DNA from: an uncultured delta proteobacterium
GTDB lineage: Bacteria; Myxococcota; UBA727; VGSZ01
DNA: 64,000 nucleotides
Direction of reading: 5' to 3'
Assembly: GCA_963775425.1 (NCBI GenBank)
Contig: CAVZJB010000013.1
Location: 32,001 to 96,000, forward strand
The notes below the pieces were generated by a model that was not told the DNA's origin, did not search any database, and was given only the letters and a program-made list of their open reading frames with translations. Position 1 is the stretch's first letter, and every line of letters begins with the position of its first letter. Below are positions 61,140 through 64,000 of this stretch, piece after piece. Position numbers and translations under genes: made by a program.

Positions 61140-61573
61140 TACGAGGCCTTTCGTCTGCCCCCGGCATAGGGGTGCAGCTCGTGCTCATGCCACGCATGCA
61201 GGGCCTTGTGAATCGTGGGGAACTCCTTGAAGTCGTGCGGCGGCCGCCACGGCACCCACGCGTAGTCGTCGTGATCGGGGGTGACGACGGCACAGGGCCC
61301 GCGCACCTCGCCGGCGAACAACACCACGGTCTTCTCCCGCTGCTTGTTCGGGTGATACGTGGTCTCGAAGCGAAAGCCCTCGTGGAAGGTGATGCTGTCC
61401 GCGGTGATCCCCGTCTCCTCTTCGAGCTCGCGCAGCGCGCACTGCACCTCGCTCTCGCCCTTCTTCATCCGTCCCTTGGGCAGATCGAGGCGGTCTCGGA
61501 CCACCAGGAGCAGGACGGACCGCCGCGGCCGATCCTGGAACACGAGCACGCCGCAAGACTTCTCTTTGCGCAT
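61139..61573 (-). CDS. NUDIX hydrolase, Ap4A hydrolase-like
   Basis: EKSCG, PKG.....ES...CALRELEEETG Nudix box. Confidence 0.88.
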   Translation of the reverse strand: MRKEKSCGVLVFQDRPRRSVLLLVVRDRLDLPKGRMKKGESEVQCALRELEEETGITADSITFHEGFRFETTYHPNKQREKTVVLFAGEVRGPCAVVTPDHDDYAWVPWRPPHDFKEFPTIHKALHAWHEHELHPYAGGRRKAS

Positions 61574-61629
61574 GCGGTGATCATGCACGACTCGATCACG
61601 CGCGTCGATCGCTTCACCTGGTTGTCACG

Positions 61630-63045
61630 CTAGCGGAGCGCTCCCGTCACGAGGAAAGCTTCCGCTCCCGAAAGCGGCAGGCGTGCTCCCGCCGCGAGCG
61701 ACGCGCTGACGATGACGTCGCCCGTCGTCACCCGCCGCACCTGGACGTCGCACGCACGCGTGGGAACAAACGCCACATCGCCGCCGGCGCCGATGACGAT
61801 GTCGGCGAACCGCGCGCCGTCGGTCGCGCCGTACGCGCCGACGAAGGAGCCGTCGAAGTCGCCGCCCGCGTCGGCGCGCTCCCACGTCGTCACGTCGGGC
61901 GGGAGCAGCGAAGCGGCGGCGCCGACGACGTCCGCGCCGGCCATGTCGGCGAAGTCGACGTCGCCGCGGACGCCGGCGCGCGAATGGAAGACGTGGATGG
62001 GCAACCCGGCGACGTAGGTGAGCAGCACGGACGCGGCGAGCTTCTCCGGGTCGTCGAGGGTGTTCACGGAGGAGCCGGGGCCGATGGGCTCGTTGTTGCT
62101 GACGGCGCCGCCGGTGCAGGCCGCGATGCTCCAGGGCTGCCACACGGGGCGCCAGCCGGTGTCGTCGTTGTCGCGGGCGAAGTGGACGGTGGCGATGTCG
62201 GCGACGCCGCCGCCGTAGACCGCGTCGAAGGAGGCGCACGAGGTGCTGTCGAAGGGGGCGCTGGCGGCGACGAGGACGTCGGTGCGATCGCGCAGGTGGA
62301 TCGTGAGCTCGCGCAGCTCGTCGGTGGTGAAGCCGTTTTGGTACGACTCGTTCGCGGTCTCGAAGAGCATCACCTTGCCGGGGCGGGCGGCGGCCATGGC
62401 GGCGAAGCGGTCGGCGAGGGCTGCGCGGTCGCCGTCGTCGGGGCTGCCGCCGAAGAGCGTCCACTGCACGCGCAGGCCGTACTGGTCGTAGGCGAGGTCG
62501 GTGAGGCCGGCGATGACGTCGTCGTAGTCGGGCCAGCGCCAGTCGGTCTCGCGGCCGTCCCAGAAGTCGGGGCCGACGGGATCGCCGACGACGCCGAGGA
62601 CGCGGATGAAGTCGAAGCCGTGGCCGGCGAGGAACGCGAGGTTCCTCTCGAGACGCGGGCGGTCATTCTTGTATGCCCACGCGGCGTAGAACATCGTGGC
62701 GCCGAGCGCGTGGAAGCGCCCGCGCGCGTCGACCAGGGCGCGGCCGTCGAGGGAGAGGCCGGCGGCGGTGCCCGCGCCATCGCCGGCCGACCCGTCGCCG
62801 GCCGACCCGTCGCCGGCCGACCCGTCGCCGGCCGACCCGTCGCCGGCCGTGTCGTCGCCGGCCGTGTCGTCGCCGGTCGTGTCGTCGCCGGCGCCGGGTG
62901 CCGCGGCGAAGGGCGCGTGCAGAAACGGCGCGCGCGCCAATCCTCGCGCGCCCGCCAGGCAAGGCGCTTCGACGACGGCGGGGCCGCAGGCGGCGGCGGC
63001 GGCGAGGGCGGCGAGCGCCGCTGCGCGCGGCGGGGTCAGGGACAC
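61630..63045 (-). CDS. Lipoprotein with clan GH-A-like glycoside hydrolase TIM barrel
   Basis: AAAC lipobox-like; GFDFIRV, FETANE (acid/base-like), VHF, NNEP (nucleophile-like). Confidence 0.7.
   Translation of the reverse strand: MSLTPPRAAALAALAAAAACGPAVVEAPCLAGARGLARAPFLHAPFAAAPGAGDDTTGDDTAGDDTAGDGSAGDGSAGDGSAGDGSAGDGAGTAAGLSLDGRALVDARGRFHALGATMFYAAWAYKNDRPRLERNLAFLAGHGFDFIRVLGVVGDPVGPDFWDGRETDWRWPDYDDVIAGLTDLAYDQYGLRVQWTLFGGSPDDGDRAALADRFAAMAAARPGKVMLFETANESYQNGFTTDELRELTIHLRDRTDVLVAASAPFDSTSCASFDAVYGGGVADIATVHFARDNDDTGWRPVWQPWSIAACTGGAVSNNEPIGPGSSVNTLDDPEKLAASVLLTYVAGLPIHVFHSRAGVRGDVDFADMAGADVVGAAASLLPPDVTTWERADAGGDFDGSFVGAYGATDGARFADIVIGAGGDVAFVPTRACDVQVRRVTTGDVIVSASLAAGARLPLSGAEAFLVTGALR
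62780..62892 (-). repeat. 15-bp coding tandem repeat (GDDTA/GDGSA), about 7.5 units
   Basis: Directly visible CGCCGGCCGACCCGT units. Confidence 0.9.
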
Positions 63046-64000
63046 GTGGCGACCTCGCCCGCGATGTGGCCGTCGACGACGAGGTCCGAGAACACGGCGC
63101 CGATGGGCATGCCCGCGGTGCCGACGGCGCTCGGGCGCGGGGTGCCGAGCGACATATGCAGCGCCTGGGGCGCGAAGCGCAGGCCGGTCGCGCTCCAGTC
63201 GACGTCGATGAGCAGCACGCCGTCCTTCAGGTAGCGCGTGTGCCCGCCGCCCCACTCGATGCGGAGGCGCACCGGGGCCCCGGTCCACGTCGAGGCCTCG
63301 CGGGTGAAGGGCTCCTCGAAGAACTGCGCGCCGCACGCGCAGGTGCCGGTGCCGGGGGCGCCGTCGGGGCACATCCCCCACATGAGCTTCTGCGCGCCGG
63401 GGCGATCGCTCTCGTCGCTGCCGTAGACGCGCAGGAGCGCCTTGTAGTGGTTGTCGCGCAGCTCGGGGTTGTACGGGATGGGCTCGGTCATCCCGTAGCC
63501 GCCCTCGTACAGGGCGAGGAGGTCGTTGTCGTTCTTGACGAGGTTGTCGCCGACGTCCTTCAGCGTGAGCTCGACGGCGCCGCTGTCGAGCCGCGGCAGC
63601 GCGAAGATCAAGCGGTCGCTGTCGCCGGTGATGCGCCAGCCGTCGTCGCCGAACGTGCCGCCGACCGCGAGACCCTGCGTGCCACCGCGCAGGCTGTCCT
63701 CGAAGTGGAAGGCGTCCGGGTCCGGGTCCGGGGGGCAGGTGACGACGACGTCGGCCTGCGCCACCGGGCCGAACCAGCGCACGAGCTCGTGCACCATGCG
63801 CCAGTCCGTGGTGAACGTCCCCGCCACCGCCGGCGCGGTGAGCGTGAACGTGAACGCGTGCTCGGCGCCGGGCGCCACGTCTTGGTCGAGGCGCACGCGC
63901 CCGGGGCCGCCGAGGGGATCGCCGTCGTCGACGGCGCCGAGCCGGTAGTCGGCGCTCCAGGCGGCGTCGCCGTCGTTTCGCATCACGACGACGGCCTCGG
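63036..64000 (-). CDS. NBR1-Ig-like domain protein (5' end outside the window)
   Basis: MRNDG...W...Y.LG...V.PG....FTF.LTAP...G.....WRMV.E...WFG; ORF open at the window edge. Confidence 0.8.
   Translation of the reverse strand, partial: EAVVVMRNDGDAAWSADYRLGAVDDGDPLGGPGRVRLDQDVAPGAEHAFTFTLTAPAVAGTFTTDWRMVHELVRWFGPVAQADVVVTCPPDPDPDAFHFEDSLRGGTQGLAVGGTFGDDGWRITGDSDRLIFALPRLDSGAVELTLKDVGDNLVKNDNDLLALYEGGYGMTEPIPYNPELRDNHYKALLRVYGSDESDRPGAQKLMWGMCPDGAPGTGTCACGAQFFEEPFTREASTWTGAPVRLRIEWGGGHTRYLKDGVLLIDVDWSATGLRFAPQALHMSLGTPRPSAVGTAGMPIGAVFSDLVVDGHIAGEVATCP

Overview
GC-rich bacterial chromosome segment, about 58 genes. The gene content (MYXO-CTERM-like sorting signals, (GE)n linkers, Cys-rich secreted proteins, FmdB, SMUG1, sigma54 sites) points to Myxococcota or a related deltaproteobacterium; this is inference. 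Housekeeping genes (nuoL, nuoN, queF, yidC, jag-like, ribA, valS, biotin carboxylase and its carrier, rpiA, asnB, ECF sigma/anti-sigma, MscS) are interspersed with surface-anchored and lipoprotein genes. I found no rRNA, tRNA, CRISPR array, transposase or prophage. Most long ORFs in the six-frame track are GC-driven shadow ORFs. Best leads: (1) a secreted TIMP-like protein translationally coupled to a matrixin (MMP-like) metalloprotease with no recognisable propeptide, a candidate bacterial TIMP-MMP pair; (2) a complex I membrane arm with nuoL directly followed by nuoN, where NuoL has a much shortened lateral helix and has lost the E144/R175 pair, a candidate two-antiporter complex; (3) a sigma54 stress module with twin divergent -24/-12 promoters next to a sensor-less enhancer-binding protein; (4) (GE)n stalks that sit next to the membrane anchor in four proteins; (5) a PLD-HhH-PLD protein; and several repeats and gene remnants. 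All family assignments come from motif recognition by eye; no searches were run.
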